A stretch of DNA of 64,000 nt from Octopus sinensis (Eukaryota): positions 8,246,001 to 8,310,000 of the forward strand of contig NC_043000.1 of the NCBI RefSeq assembly GCF_006345805.1, given 5' to 3'. A program made the translations under genes and the position numbers. Numbering within the stretch: position 1 is the first letter of the stretch; the number at the start of each line of letters is the position of its first letter. Below, piece after piece: positions 26,781 through 40,521 of this stretch. Below the pieces are notes generated by a model. It searched no databases, had not been told where the DNA came from, and saw nothing but the letters and a program-made list of their open reading frames with translations.

Positions 26781-28581
26781 TTTGGTAATGACAGTTATTT
26801 TACTTTATTTTTCTTCAAAATATTAATTGAAATAAAGGCAGTGTATTTCAACAAAAGTATAGTTACAAAAATGTTAAGTGAATAATGATTGACCTGGATT
26901 CGTAGCCTTAGCTATATAACTTGCCATTGCTCTCGAGCTCCAAGTCCAACTATCATTTAACAGATTTATAATGAAAAATATTCCACATATGAAAATCTTC
27001 TCTTTTTCAGGATATGTAGAACTCCAGTATCTAACATTTCCTTTCCTTATTGAAGTTGGAAAGGTGTGATCTGAGGGTTGTTTGGACGCTATTTTCAGTA
27101 GATTGGGTTACCACTTAAAGGCTTTCCCTCGATGGTGCATATTTTTAATAGTTTTATTTATATATAAATTATGTTTGAAACTCAAATATATTTTTTGTAA
27201 TGGAAATGAAAACAAGGATTATGAATCATTTATTAATTTCTAAAAAAAATTAATGGGAAATAATGAAAGTTTCACCCTGACTTTAATTATAAATAAATTG
27301 AGATGGAACTCAAGTAGTAAAACAAGTGGAGGCTGGATTTAGACATTATTGAGACTTCTAAATGAGAAGTACTTATGAATAGTTGCTGATTCAGCTCTTG
27401 AAGTCTTTTCGTGTTTTCTGTTTACTACAACTAATACTACTACAGCAACAACAACAACAAGTCTTTAACAGTGTTACAAACATTCAAACAATTTTTACTA
27501 GAAAGTACATATGTATGTGTGTGTGTGTGTGTGTGTACATATACATAAAGAAAGCTTTGATTGGCTTTGCTCTATAGTAGAAGACACTTGCCCAAAATTC
27601 TGTGCAGTGGACCCAGTTCAAATTCTGCCGAGGTCGACTTTGCCTTTCATCCTTTTGGGGTCAATAAATTAAGTACCACTTACGCACTGGGGTCTATGTA
27701 ATTGACTTAATCCCTTTGTCTGTCCTTGTTTGTCCCCTCTATGTTAGCCCCTTGTGGGCAATAAAGAAATAAGAAATGTTAGCATGCCAGGCAAACTTCT
27801 TAGTGGCATTCCCCTGAAATTGTTGACCTTGTACCAAAATTTGAAATCAGTTTGGTAATGACAGTTATTTTACTTTATTTTTCTTCAAAATATTAATTGA
27901 AATAAAGGCAGTGTATTTCAACAAAAGTATAGTTACAAAAATGTTAAGTGAATAATGATTGACCTGGATTCGTAGCCTTAGCTATATAACTTGCCATTGC
28001 TCTCGAGCTCCAAGTCCAACTATCATTTAACAGATTTATAATGAAAAATATTCCACATATGAAAATCTTCTCTTTTTCAGGATATGTAGAACTCCAGTAT
28101 CTAACATTTCCTTTCCTTATTGAAGTTGGAAAGGTGTGATCTGAGGGTTGTTTGGACGCTATTTTCAGTAGATTGGGTTACCACTTAAAGGCTTTCCCTC
28201 GATGGTGCATATTTTTAATAGTTTTATTTATATATAAATTATGTTTGAAACTCAAATATATTTTTTGTAATGGAAATGAAAACAAGGATTATGAATCATT
28301 TATTAATTTCTAAAAAAAATTAATGGGAAATAATGAAAGTTTCACCCTGACTTTAATTATAAATAAATTGAGATGGAACTCAAGTAGTAAAACAAGTGGA
28401 GGCTGGATTTAGACATTATTGAGACTTCTAAATGAGAAGTACTTATGAATAGTTGCTGATTCAGCTCTTGAAGTCTTTTCGTGTTTTCTGTTTACTACAA
28501 CTAATACTACTACAGCAACAACAACAACAAGTCTTTAACAGTGTTACAAACATTCAAACAATTTTTACTAGAAAGTACATA

Positions 28582-28612
<31 letters not shown>

Positions 28613-28810
28613 ACATATACATAAAGAAAGCTTTGATTGGCTTTGCTCTATAGTAGAAGACACTTGCCCAAAATTCTGTGCAGTGGACCCAGTTCAAATT
28701 CTGCCGAGGTCGACTTTGCCTTTCATCCTTTTGGGGTCAATAAATTAAGTACCACTTACGCACTGGGGTCTATGTAATTGACTTAATCCCTTTGTCTGTC
28801 CTTGTTTGTC
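26634..28810 (+). repeat. Near-identical 1.07-kb tandem duplication (26634-27704, 27705-28780)
   Basis: Units identical by eye except a 1-nt indel near the start and three extra TG units (twin ORFs of 64 and 66 aa). Confidence 0.95.
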
Positions 28811-29194
28811 TCCTCTGCATTTAGCCCCTTGTTTTGGGTTCAGTCCCACTGTGCAGAACTTTGGGAAAAAGCTCCAGGCTGATCAAAGCCATACAAATAA
28901 ACTTGGCGGATGGAAACTGAAAGAAGTTCACTGCACATATACATATGTGTGCACATTTTTGAGATCACAAACCACAAGCATGCATAGCTGTGTGGTTAAG
29001 AGCAATGTTTTCAACAAAATTTTACTGTTATTATCTAATCTGTATATAGCTTCACTATCAAGCTTGTCTTCTATCTAGCACTTCGATGGACTTATTAATT
29101 AAGCCACTCACTGGTGTAATAATCATGCTTCTCTCTGCTCTGTCTATGGCAAATTCATACTCATTGGTGCTAACTATACTAACTGTTTCAAAGA

Positions 29195-29473
29195 TGTTTT
29201 TTAATCTTTGTATTAAACTGGCCATATCTGACCCAAATGTTCGACCTGCTTTATGCTGAAACTGGCCATATCTGGCCCAAATATTCTACCTGTTTCATAT
29301 TCAGACTGGCCAGTCTGGCCTGTCACACCTATCCAACAATATCATTCTAAAAATAAGCAATCATGTCATTGTAATTTTGAAGCCATGAGATAATGCATGA
29401 TTAATTCAGAACAAGACAAATAGATAAGCAATGCATTTGAGAGAGTAATCTGAATGTAATACTAAAGGGTTAA
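29195..29473 (-). mobile_element. piggyBac-like MITE family A with an internal ~45-bp tandem duplication
   Basis: Ends CTAAAGGGTTAA; aaactggccatatctg.cccaaat repeated. Confidence 0.65.
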
Positions 29474-29495
29474 GTTAATAAAAAATAGACAGCAG

Positions 29496-29526
<31 letters not shown>

Positions 29527-30530
29527 TTAGTGTCCATTTTCCATGCTGGCATGGGTTAGATGGTTTGACTGGAACTGGCAAGCCAGCGAGCTGCACCAGG
29601 TTCCAGTCTGATTTGACTTGGTTGCTATGGCTGGATGCCCTTCCTAATGACAACCACTCCAAGAGTGTAGTGGGTGCCATTTATGTGTCACTGGTATGGG
29701 TGCCTTTTACATGTCCTCAGCACCAGCCATGACTGCAATTTCACTTGGCTTGATGAATCTTCTCAAGCACAGTGAATATCACCAAAGGTCTTGGAGAAAT
29801 CAGTAGATTACCTAAAATTCTTTCTATTAATATGACAAATGCCATGCTATGTAACTTTTGGTTCATTATATTCCAAGTTCAAATCACTCTGAGATTCATG
29901 TAAATATTTGAGTTTAATTTAACTGTAAACTTTTGATGTAAGTAAGAACATTCTGAAACGGGCAGTTTTTGCATCACAGAACCAATAAGTGGCTTCAGGT
30001 AGGCTAGTAGTGTACAAAGATTCTTAATTTATTTGCAAACAACAGGAATGTAGCAAGATTTAGATTTGAAAACATGGCTTAGAATCTATCATGAAATTAG
30101 TGCCTAATTAGTTAGTTGCCTGACAAAGAAAAAAAAATAGTTAATTCTATTTTGGCTGTTAAAATCTATGGTTATTTTCAGGTACAATATATTTAGTGAT
30201 AAAGAAGACGCTAATTAGGTTTCAGCTCTACTATCTTTATTCAAAACTGTTATTGGTAGTAATTTTGTGAAAATCATCGAATATTTATTACTTGCTTAAC
30301 GATCTTATTAATTAGATATTATAAGCATCGTTTTAAGATAGGAACGAATGGCAAGACTTGTGGCTGAACTTCCCCATACGTATCTGTCCTTGTCAGGTGT
30401 CCTGTCACATTATCAATTACCCTTCAGGAATTATGCCATTCCATTTTCTCTAATTAGGTCCTATAGGATGAACCATAAATAGCCTTACCATTAAGCATAC
30501 AGATATATATATATATATATAATTAAAAAA

Positions 30531-30910
30531 AAAAAGCATGTAGTTAAGAAAATGAACATATACTCAATACACTGGCAAACAAAAAACACAGGTCACCAAC
30601 TTCTCATCAGATATCAGCCAGAGGGTCAGATGCAATTTCGGCCATGTATAAATAAGGTACTTTTATTATCTTAATTGGGCTATTTTACACACACACACAT
30701 CCACACATATATATATATATATATATATATGCGCGCGCGCACACACACACACATACACACCCATATATATATGTGCGCACACACACACATACACATATAT
30801 ATACGCACACAGGCACACACACACATATACATACATGTGCATACACACACACACATTTTTATACTTGAGCAGTTTTGGTGTGAAATACTTCTATTTATGC
30901 TAAAAAAAAA
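30531..30910 (+). repeat. Left arm of an inverted duplication (partner 32232-32500)
   Basis: AAAAGCATGTAGTTAAG..TTGGGCTATTTTAC-(CA/TA)n-GTTTTGGTGTGAAATACTTCTATTTATGCTAAAA is mirrored in the partner. Confidence 0.92.
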
Positions 30911-31361
30911 TTAGAAATTCTTAGGAAGTTTATCTATCTGTAAAATCTTGGCTCCTGTTATATAATCTTCTGTATATGTTACCATAGCCCTCTTCACATC
31001 AGATATGAAAATGGGTGTACTTATCAACATGACTATCCTTTGCCATATTAACCATATTCATATTCAACAGAACGATGATGCTGGTAACTAATATTAGTCA
31101 TTAATTTCATTAATATTTTGACATCTGTTTTATTGTGTATATTTTGGTTTGGAATAAGCTTCTTAGTATTGCCCTGTTCCTTAATTGTTACCAGTATGAC
31201 TATCTAGTTGTCTCTCCCAGATAAAACCTATCTTGTGTTAACATTTTCTGATGGACTCTCTTTATTCTGGCTGCTTTTCTTTTAGTAAAAGAAACCTCAT
31301 ACAGAAATAAAGTTGTAACAACAACAACAATAATAATGATAATAATAGTAATAAGAAGAAT

Positions 31362-31592
31362 GATTTCAAATTTTGGCACAAGGCCAGCAATTTCGGGTGT
31401 GTATGTGTGTGTGGGGGGGCTAAGTCAATTACGTCGACCCCAGTGCTCAACTGGTACTTATTTTATCGACCCTTGAAAGGATGACAAGCAAAGTTACCTC
31501 AGCAGAATTTGAACTCAGAACATAAGGAGTCAGAAGAAATGTTGCCAAGCACTTTGTGTGATGTACAAAAAATTATGCTAGCTCACTGCCCT
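31362..31592 (-). mobile_element. SINE family A
   Basis: ttcaaattttggcacaaggccagc..gtcgaccccagtgctcaactggtacttattttatcgaccc..gaatttgaactcag. Confidence 0.85.
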
Positions 31593-32147
31593 GTATAATG
31601 ATGGTGATGATGTTGATGATGATGATGATGATGATGATGGTGATGATGTTGATGATGATGATGATGATGATGAGGAGGATGATGATGAGAATGAGGATGA
31701 TGATGATCCTCAACCGTTTGTTGCGTGTCATTTAATGTATTTGCACTCTGCTGCAAAGTATAATTCTGTGTCTGCTGGGTTTGGTAGGTTTCAATGTTGA
31801 GATAGGAAGTGTGGAATATTTAGCTTGATGCCGAGTGCATAAGAACTAGGATGAGCTAGGGTGGGCCTACCAGATAAATAAACGGTTGTGTTGAAATTTA
31901 GTATAGAGGAGTTTTAACAACTTATTTTCCTGTTCTTTTACCACGCCTGATTCCTTAGCAAATTAAGGGTTGTTAGACTAAGCTGCTTTATTTACACCCA
32001 AGCAATGAAGTAGTCATCATTTGTTAGTAGTTTTCAAGGCTGAATTAATCCTTTTCTACTCTACCTGAAATGCGGTTGGTAGGAGTGATGGTGTTATCAC
32101 TGCTCTGGAATCTCATAGAGAAGAATATTAGATCTCCACTCTTACAT

Positions 32148-32605
32148 ATTGGTTTCAAATTTTGCACAAAGCCAGCACATTCGGGGGAGGGGGGGAAGTT
32201 GATTACATCGACTCCAGTTCTCAATTGACACTTTTTTCTTTTTTAGCATAAATAGAAGTATTTCACACCAAAACTGTTCAAATATAAAATGTGTGTGTGT
32301 ATGCATATATATATATATGGACGTGTGTGTGTGTGTGTGTGTAAAATAGCCCAATTAAGATAATTAAAGTACCTTATTTATACATGGCCGAAATTGTGTT
32401 TGACCCTCTGGCCGATATCTGATGAGGAGTTGGTGACCTGCGTTTTCTGTTCACCAGTGTATTGAGTATATGTTCATTTGTTTCTTAACTACATGCTTTT
32501 CATTGACCCCAAGAGGATGACTTGGTGAAATTTGAACCCAGAACATAAAGGTGGATGAAATGCTGCTGAGCATTTTGCCCAGCTTGCTAATAATTCTGCC
32601 AGCTC
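32148..32605 (-). mobile_element. SINE family A split by the inverted-duplication arm
   Basis: ..gattacatcgactccagttctcaattgacactt | insert | ttcattgaccccaagaggatga..gctaataattctgccagct. Confidence 0.8.
32232..32500 (-). repeat. Right arm of the inverted duplication
   Basis: Reverse complement of 30531-30910 with a shorter internal microsatellite, roughly 90% identical by eye. Confidence 0.92.
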
Positions 32606-32691
32606 TCCACCCTGCTCTGCTCTCCACCCTGCTCTGCTCTCCACCCTGCTCTGCTCTCCACCCTGCTCTGCTCTCCACCCTGCTCTGCTCT
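32602..32691 (+). repeat. 17-bp minisatellite (GCTCTCCACCCTGCTCT)x5
   Basis: Five perfect units plus a partial unit. Confidence 0.95.
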
Positions 32692-33839
32692 TACATATTA
32701 CCTACAGTTGTGCATTTCTCTTTTTTTTTTTTTTTTTTACTTGTTTCAGTCATTGGGCTGTAGTCATGCTGGGGCATCACCTTAAAAGGTATTGGTGAGC
32801 AAATTGACCCCAGTACTTAATACTTAGTTTATTGAACTTTTTTGCTAAGTTATGGGGGCATAAATAAACCAACACTGGTTGTGAAGTGGTGATGGTGGAA
32901 AAACACAAACACTAAGACACACACACTCGCACACATAATGGGCTTCTTTCAGTTTCCATCTATCAAATCCACTCACAAAGCTTTGATGTTAAGTTGATTA
33001 GAAAGACAGAATACTTAAAGTAATCCTTTTGATGCTAATGATTCTGCCACCTTAACATTGCTAATAACGAAAATATATAATTATAAAGAACTTCATTGAA
33101 ATGAAATGGCTTAAAACTTAAAATGAAAACAAGACCATTAGAATTGAATTTGGTCAGTGATGCTTAATCGACTAACACTATTACTAGAATATATTGAATT
33201 GATGCAACAGTTCTATATTTAAAAAGGCTAAGTGGGAAGGATATGCAGTAGTCATGCTTTTCTTGCATAATGACATTAGTAGTTAGGATAAGGTGAAATG
33301 CCTTTCCATCCAAGAATCAAAAATTGTTTTGTGAACTCAATTTGCCATAAGCTTTATCTCTTGCGATGCAGAACCCTATTGATGATACAAATATATTGAT
33401 TTTGAACCAGCTGCTGTATTGTTGTACGGTTGTTCAACATATAAATAAGTAACAAAAGTTGTCTGAAATCACTTCTTAAAAAACGGAAAGGAAACATGTT
33501 AGACAAAGTAGTTGGGCTAACTCAAGGAGAAACAGCAGAAAGCCAGGCTTTGTGCAAAAGTTAGTATAAGTGATAAAACCAATCCCTTTATGTTATTGAT
33601 TATTTTTTCAAGTTGCCTTTGGGCAGGATTTGCAATAGCATTTCAGCAGTATTTGTTACCTTCTTCTGTATCAGTGCATTAATGTAGCCATGATGCATGT
33701 ATTCATGCACAGACATAACTGTGTTGTTAAGAGGTTTGCTTCCAAACCATGTGGCTTTAGGTTCAGGCCCACTCTGTATCATTCAGTGATATTTAATTTG
33801 AATCATATTAAAAATTTAGTTTTCCATATTTATTAAAGA

Positions 33840-34205
33840 CTAGCACTATGACCTGGCAACGCTGGGTCATGCTGCTAGTGCATGCATATACAGCTGCATG
33901 CGTGTGCACATACACACGAGTACTGTCCAAATCTCCAGCCAATCACATACGGCTAGCTGGCATTCAATTGACGTATCAAGTTTTGGGCATTTTGATTGGG
34001 CTTTGGATAGAAAATTCACAAAAAAGTCACTTCTATTGGTTTTTTAATGGCTTTGTGGGGTGACTGGGGAAATGTAAAGATGTGCACGACCACCTTTGGA
34101 TGGTTTTGAATGACCATAGAAAGTGCGAGCCCTCTAACTGAAAAATTGGGAATTTGTATAAAGGACACACACACAGACATTTTGCCATTTATATATAGAG
34201 AAAGA
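33840..34205 (-). mobile_element. Non-autonomous Helitron
   Basis: Minus strand begins A|TC..TCTATATATAAAT with a (TG)n tract and ends in hairpin GACCCAGCGTTGCCAGGTC followed by ATAGTG-CTAG|T, i.e. TC/CTAG termini in an AT target. Confidence 0.7.
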
Positions 34206-35230
34206 TTTCAGTGTCTCTTTAGGGTTTACATTATTGTTGTGGTGGTTGTTTAGGACCAGTTCAGCATTGATTATCCCTTTAGCATGTAAACCAGTCATAT
34301 CCATCTCCAATATTCTACTCATTTTATCATCAAAATGGCCAGATTTTGCCTCTCACACTTACCCTAGAATGTTGTTCTAAAAATAAATAATCACATCAAA
34401 ATCTCAAAGCGACAATATATTACAGGATTAATTCAAAGTAATGTTAATGAATAAGATTTACATTTAACAGAATAATCTGAATGTTAAAAGGTTGAACGGG
34501 CCTAGAATCAAAGGTGTTGTGACTGTAAACCTTCTCTCTTTCAGACATAGTGTATGCTGGACTGCATTAGCGAATGTGACATTACTTTTACTCATTGATG
34601 TGATGTGATTGAATCAGATTTGGTTGCTGTTTCTTGCAAGTTTAAGTGACCACATGTAACACACCTGTAGGCTTGTTCAGTATTGTTGAATTTTAAAAAG
34701 GATTTCACAACAAATATAATATAATAAAGTGTGACTTGATATTTTGAATTACAAATGTAATATTACAATAGCAAGTTGTTCAATTTTCAACAAAATATAT
34801 CACTAATATGTGCATACACACACTCATACACACACACGTGTATGTTTGTATATGTATGTATTTATATGTATGCAAGTGTGTGTATGTGTGTATATATATG
34901 TGTGTGTGTGTGAGTGTGTATATGCATATGTGTATGTATGTATGTATGTATGTATATCTATATATATACATATATATGTAGCATCATCATCATTGCTTAA
35001 TGTCCTCTTTTCCTTGTTTGCATGGGTGCCCTTCCTGCCACCAACCCTCATCTTTTTCCAAGCAAAGTAATATTTTCCCATGTCTGGACATGTTTTCGCA
35101 GAATATTGGAAATTAGTGATACTACTCATGTATGACAACATCACTCCTTTTTTACAAGAATCACGCGATGCCAAGACAAGAACACACACACGTTCACATT
35201 CAAATACACACATATAGATATATGTATAGA

Positions 35231-35288
<58 letters not shown>

Positions 35289-36199
35289 ACAAGCTTCTTA
35301 CATGTATGTATAAGATGGACTTCATTCAGTTTCTGTCTACTAAATCTGCTCACAAGACTGGTTGGCCTAGGGATATAGTAAAAGGCACTAAGGTGTCGCA
35401 TTGTGGAACTGAACTTGTAACCCTGTGATTTGGAAGGAAGGTTCTTAACTGCATAACTATGCCTGTGCTTATATATGTATAAATATCTGCAGATAGATAG
35501 ACAGGTAGATATGTATATGTATATATGTATATTCTTTTATGCATCTATGTATGTTTGTGTGTGTGTGTGCATATATATACATATGTATATATATGTATAT
35601 ATACATACACATACACACACATTCACACATAGCAAAATTATTGTGCTTAATTTCATTACAAGTTTTTGGATTCAGTGATATTACATTTTAAGATATAACT
35701 GTGTAACAATGATAATATAAAAATCAAAAAAGGGGGGAAAAAAGCTTTCAATAAGGTTGGAGTTGAGGGGTACTTAGAAGTTATTAGTTATACAGTTTGT
35801 TACAGGGAGAAAATTTGTAATAAATACATATATGAGAAATATATTGAATATATTTCTCGTGATTTAAACTATATAAAAACAGTCTACTATAGAAGAAATA
35901 AATAAACACACTTAAGGCATTTAGATAAATATTATTATTTTTGTTATATAAAATACTATTTTCCCAGCATGGGGAATTTAATTTGTTTCTATCTATTAAA
36001 ACTATACTAAAATATTAAAACTGTCAACTATAGGAGAAATAATACAATTTATGTATTACTTAAGGCATGTATATTAATATTTAAATTTTGTTACATAAAA
36101 TACTAATTTGCCAGTTTCTGTGCACACTAATATGAGAGTATGCAAGAAATAATTGGGTAGCGTCTTTATATTGACAACCAGCTGTTCTGAGTGACTTAC

Positions 36200-36382
36200 T
36201 GCAGTTTATGCTAATTATTTTTCTGTGCAAGCAGACTCTCTGCAAGCAGCAAGCAGTGTTGGATGCTTGCCTAATCGCTGGAGAAGCTGCCTTCGCTTTC
36301 CTTCCTATACATACATATATTAAACAGCAACCGAAACAGTGTACAAGTTGTTCACTTTACGGTGTGGACCATTTATTTACAG
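36200..36382 (+). other. Possible alternative promoter / non-coding first exon
   Basis: Repeat-free island with locally retained CpGs, ending in CAG|GTTAGT at 36382/36383 and followed by T-rich intron-like DNA. Confidence 0.35.
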
Positions 36383-38639
36383 GTTAGTTGTTTGACAATT
36401 CCATTTATCTTGTTTGTTATTTCTTTCCTTTATTTTTACGCTGGCTGCTGGTCTTAAAACACTCCTGCAATCTCAACATTAAACAAACAAAACAAAAAAA
36501 AAGCAAACAAGCAAAGAAAGAAATATAAAACAATAACATTTAGTGAATAATAGACTTTTCTTTTTTTTCCCCGAAATATCATAGGAAATACTACTTTGAA
36601 ATTAATCTATGTTGAAGTTAATTTTCAAATTTAGATTTCTTTTCCTTTCAAAATATTCGATGATTTGTATGCAACTATATTAACTGTTTTCCTTTTTCTG
36701 TTAACAAAGATTTTTAAAACTGTATACTATATCACATATATTTTTGACAATATTTCTTTTATTTGTGTCTATTTTTTTCCCTTTTGATTTAGTAAAGATA
36801 AAAAGATTTTCCAAAGAATGAAATTTTCTCTCTGTATCTTAGTAGTTATTAAAAATGTATATTCATTTTTTTTTTATCAATGAGCAGCTTCCTTGTGTAA
36901 TAAGATATGTTTAGTGGATTTTGTTTTAGTATAGTTTCTTTAATGAATGAAACGAAACAAAAACATTTTGATAGCCTGTACCTTAGTTATTTTGTTAAAA
37001 TAGACCCTTTTTTGTCTGTGCCTTCTATCCATTTATACAATATATCTATACATGTGCGTGTGTGTGCATGCATGTGATGGGTGGGGCTCTCATTTTTATG
37101 TAAAAAAAAAAATCTCATTTATTTTCCATCTAAAATATAAATGGGGCCCAACATTTTTATGTCAATTCTCTAGACTACATGAGATATTTAAGTATTAAAC
37201 TGTTTTATTTAGGTGTAAATATTACTTAAATAGCCTTCTGTCACTTTTGGATTTGGATTTTTCCACCTTTCTTCTACTTCATCCACCACCACTTTTTTGT
37301 TCATTCATTTAACATACCTTGTTTTCCTTAGAGTTATTACATTGTACCTTTTTTATTGTATCTTCATTAGTGCAATAATATCAATATTCAAATATCCTTT
37401 AGATATTTGTAAATTTTAATAATATAGTCCCCTTTTTAATTAATACACTATATCTAAAGAGCTTGCAGTGGCAAAGTCATCTTATGTAAGGACAAATGAG
37501 TAACTTTTTCTATGCAATAACCCAAACTAGGCAGGGATTTCATTGAGGTTCTCTTCTTTTGCTTTTGATTGTTGTGAAACTGCAAAATTGAAGGGAACTG
37601 TGTAAGGTAGGCTATTGATAATGGTTTTATTCATATGCATTTATACATTGCCATCATCATCTTCTCATTACCTTTTGCACATGTAGCAATGAGATCTGTT
37701 GCTTCCTTCAGTAATGTTCAGAAGGCTTCTGGTTGTAGGTGTCATTTGTTGTCTGAAAATTGCATGTGTGTCATTAAGTCTGGATTTATTCTTCATCTTT
37801 TGTAGCATCATTCATTCATCAGAAGATGCAACTATAAAGGAAAGATCTAGAAGCCTTCAGTGAGCTGTGGAAAGTTGCCTTCATATACTAACAAGTTGTG
37901 GTCAGCATGCTTACAAGAACTCATTGTCATTAATTTAACTTTTGTTTCTCCATGTTAGCATGAATTGTACAACAGCAAATCTCCAATCACTGTTCCATTC
38001 TATAGTGTCTATCTAATGGAGAGTTGCAGACAGCTGAGTCATTATGGCATGACTGATTTCTAATTGGCAAGTATGTATAGTTTATATTGTGTCTGCAGTA
38101 CTATGCTGTGTTCCTGATTAAAATTCTTTATAAAATCTCACTAGATCTATGATACTATAGAACCCTTGAAGTTCTCAATGTTTCATTAACTTGTGAAGTC
38201 TCACTGTTAGTTTGGAGAGGAAAGTGTTATACTAAATGGATTTATATGAGATACATTATAGGAACAGATCCTTAATGATCCCTTGGATATATCCAGACAC
38301 TCTTTTGGTGTTTTTATTGTTCAGAATATTTTTCTTGTATGAATCCTTTATATGAAATATCTTTGAAAAAAACCTTTTCAGTTAATTTTAAGCATGTACC
38401 AAAACTACAAATGTTTGTTAATTTTGGCCACCAATAAAAGGAAAGCAATTCAAAATGTTTTTTTTATTTATTATGTTGGCCTCTGATATAAATAGATCTT
38501 ACTTACTTAAGCTTCAACTAAACATGGGGTAGAATAATTTACATAAACCACAAATTTACATTTCTCTTGTGATTTATATTCCTGTTGAAAATGTGTCTTT
38601 AAGTTCTTTCTATTGCTCCCCAATTTAAGTATTATCTCT

Positions 38640-39302
38640 TTAATCCTTTAACATTTAAACCAGCCATTTTAGGCCTGAATATTGTAACTGTTTTATGTTC
38701 AGACCTGACCAGACAGATCTCGCCTCTTACATGTACCCTACAATGTCTTTTTAAAAATTCACAATCACATCATCAAAACCTTAAAGCTACAAGATAATGA
38801 ATGTTAAATTTATAATCATCTTTTATCTTTTACTTGTTTCAGTCATTATACTATGGCCATGCAGGGGCACTGCCTTGAAGAATTTTTAGTTGAATGTATC
38901 AACCTCAGTACTTTTTTGTTTTGAAAGCCTGTTACTTATTCTATCAGTTTCTTTTGCTAAACTGTTCAGTTATGGGGACGTAAACACACTACTATCAGTT
39001 GTCCAGCAGTGGTGGGGACAAACACAAATACAAAGACACATACACATAGACATACATATACATATATATGACAGGCTTCTTTCAGTTTCCATCTACCAAA
39101 TCCACTCACAAGGCTTTAGTCAGCTTGAGGCTATAGTAGAGGACACTTGCCCAAGGTGTCACGCTGTGGGACTGAACCCCAAATCATGTGATTGAAAAGC
39201 AAACTTCTTACTACACAGCCATGCCTGCACCTTTGTGAATAGATAATGTGAATAAATAAGCAATTACATTTGATGAAGTAGTTTGAATGCTGAAGAGTTA
39301 AA
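38640..39302 (-). mobile_element. piggyBac-like MITE A split by a family B SINE
   Basis: TTAATCCTTTAACATTT ... AATGCTGAAGAGTTAA ends. A second copy at ~39361-39695 is split by a family A SINE (39407-39628, -). Confidence 0.65.
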
Positions 39303-40299
39303 TGTGGGTTGGAAAATATAATTTCATTTAGTTTCCTTTCAGCCTAAACCTCAGTTTCATTTAAACCTTTAGCATCCAAACTGACCATATACGGCCTAAG
39401 TATTCTACCTATTTCTTTACTACCCACAAGGGGCTACACACAGAGAGGACAAACAAGGACAGACAAACAGATTAAGTCGATTATATCGACCCCAGTGCAT
39501 AACTTATTTAATCGACCCCGAAAGGATGAAAGGCAAAGTCGACCTCAGCGGAATTTGAACTCAGAACGTAACGGCAGACAAAATACCGCTAAGCATTTCA
39601 CCTGGTGTGTTAACGATTCTGCCAGCTTGAGCCAGATACAACCTCTCATGCCTACCCTACAATGTCCTTCAAAAAATTATGCAATCACATCATGAATATT
39701 GTGTAAAAACCTTTCCCTGAGTCTAAGCCTAAATATGGCCCAGGATTCTAATATGGTAATTTTTTGTTTTTTCTTTTTACTACTTTTAAGAAGACATGTT
39801 AAGGAAGAACTTTGTTTTTTTTTTATTGTAGGATTTTCCCTCATCTGTTCATATTAAGAAATTAAACATTTCAGCATTGATTGAATTATTGTGTGTGTGT
39901 GTGTGGTTGTTAATACTTCACTTAAGTTTAATTCATGTGTATCATCCTCATATACTTTAGACCTACCAACAGGTGTCGGTAATCACATTAAATGTGACTT
40001 TTAAGCTTACACTGGCACACATGCTGACTATTATGATGATTATCCCATCGCAACACCTTGTCGTCCCATCTTCCTACTGGTTTTCCCACAGTGCTATGTA
40101 TTTAGTTTGAAGTGTTTACGCTAAGAGGATTACTTATCATCCACAATCAGGACATGTTCAGCTACTTATTTATATAAGTTATTTCAAAGGTATTTTTGAA
40201 TGGATGTTCACAGGTATAGATTAGGTGTAGCAGTTTTTACCTATATTCAGAAGCTATATCGATGTGGAAATGAAATTCAATGCACCACACAAGTCTTCT

Positions 40300-40347
<48 letters not shown>

Positions 40348-40426
40348 GTATATATATGTATTATATGTATATATATATGTATTATATGTATGTGTGTATA
40401 TATATATATACATATACATACATATA

Positions 40427-40495
<69 letters not shown>

Positions 40496-40521
40496 CTGTT
40501 TGTCTATATATATATATATAT
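40300..40521. repeat. (CA)n/(TA)n microsatellite
   Basis: Directly visible. Confidence 0.97.

Noticed and set aside
27383-28653. Twin poly-Q ORFs
   Set aside because: Products of the tandem duplication and CAA/TG microsatellites; TTG starts.
31690-32140. Possible old LINE 3' end next to the (GAT)n tract (similar case at 37640-38300)
   Set aside because: No convincing motif series could be read.
32385-32430. CCGAAA ... CTGATGAG hammerhead-like words
   Set aside because: Stems I and III cannot be formed in any permutation.
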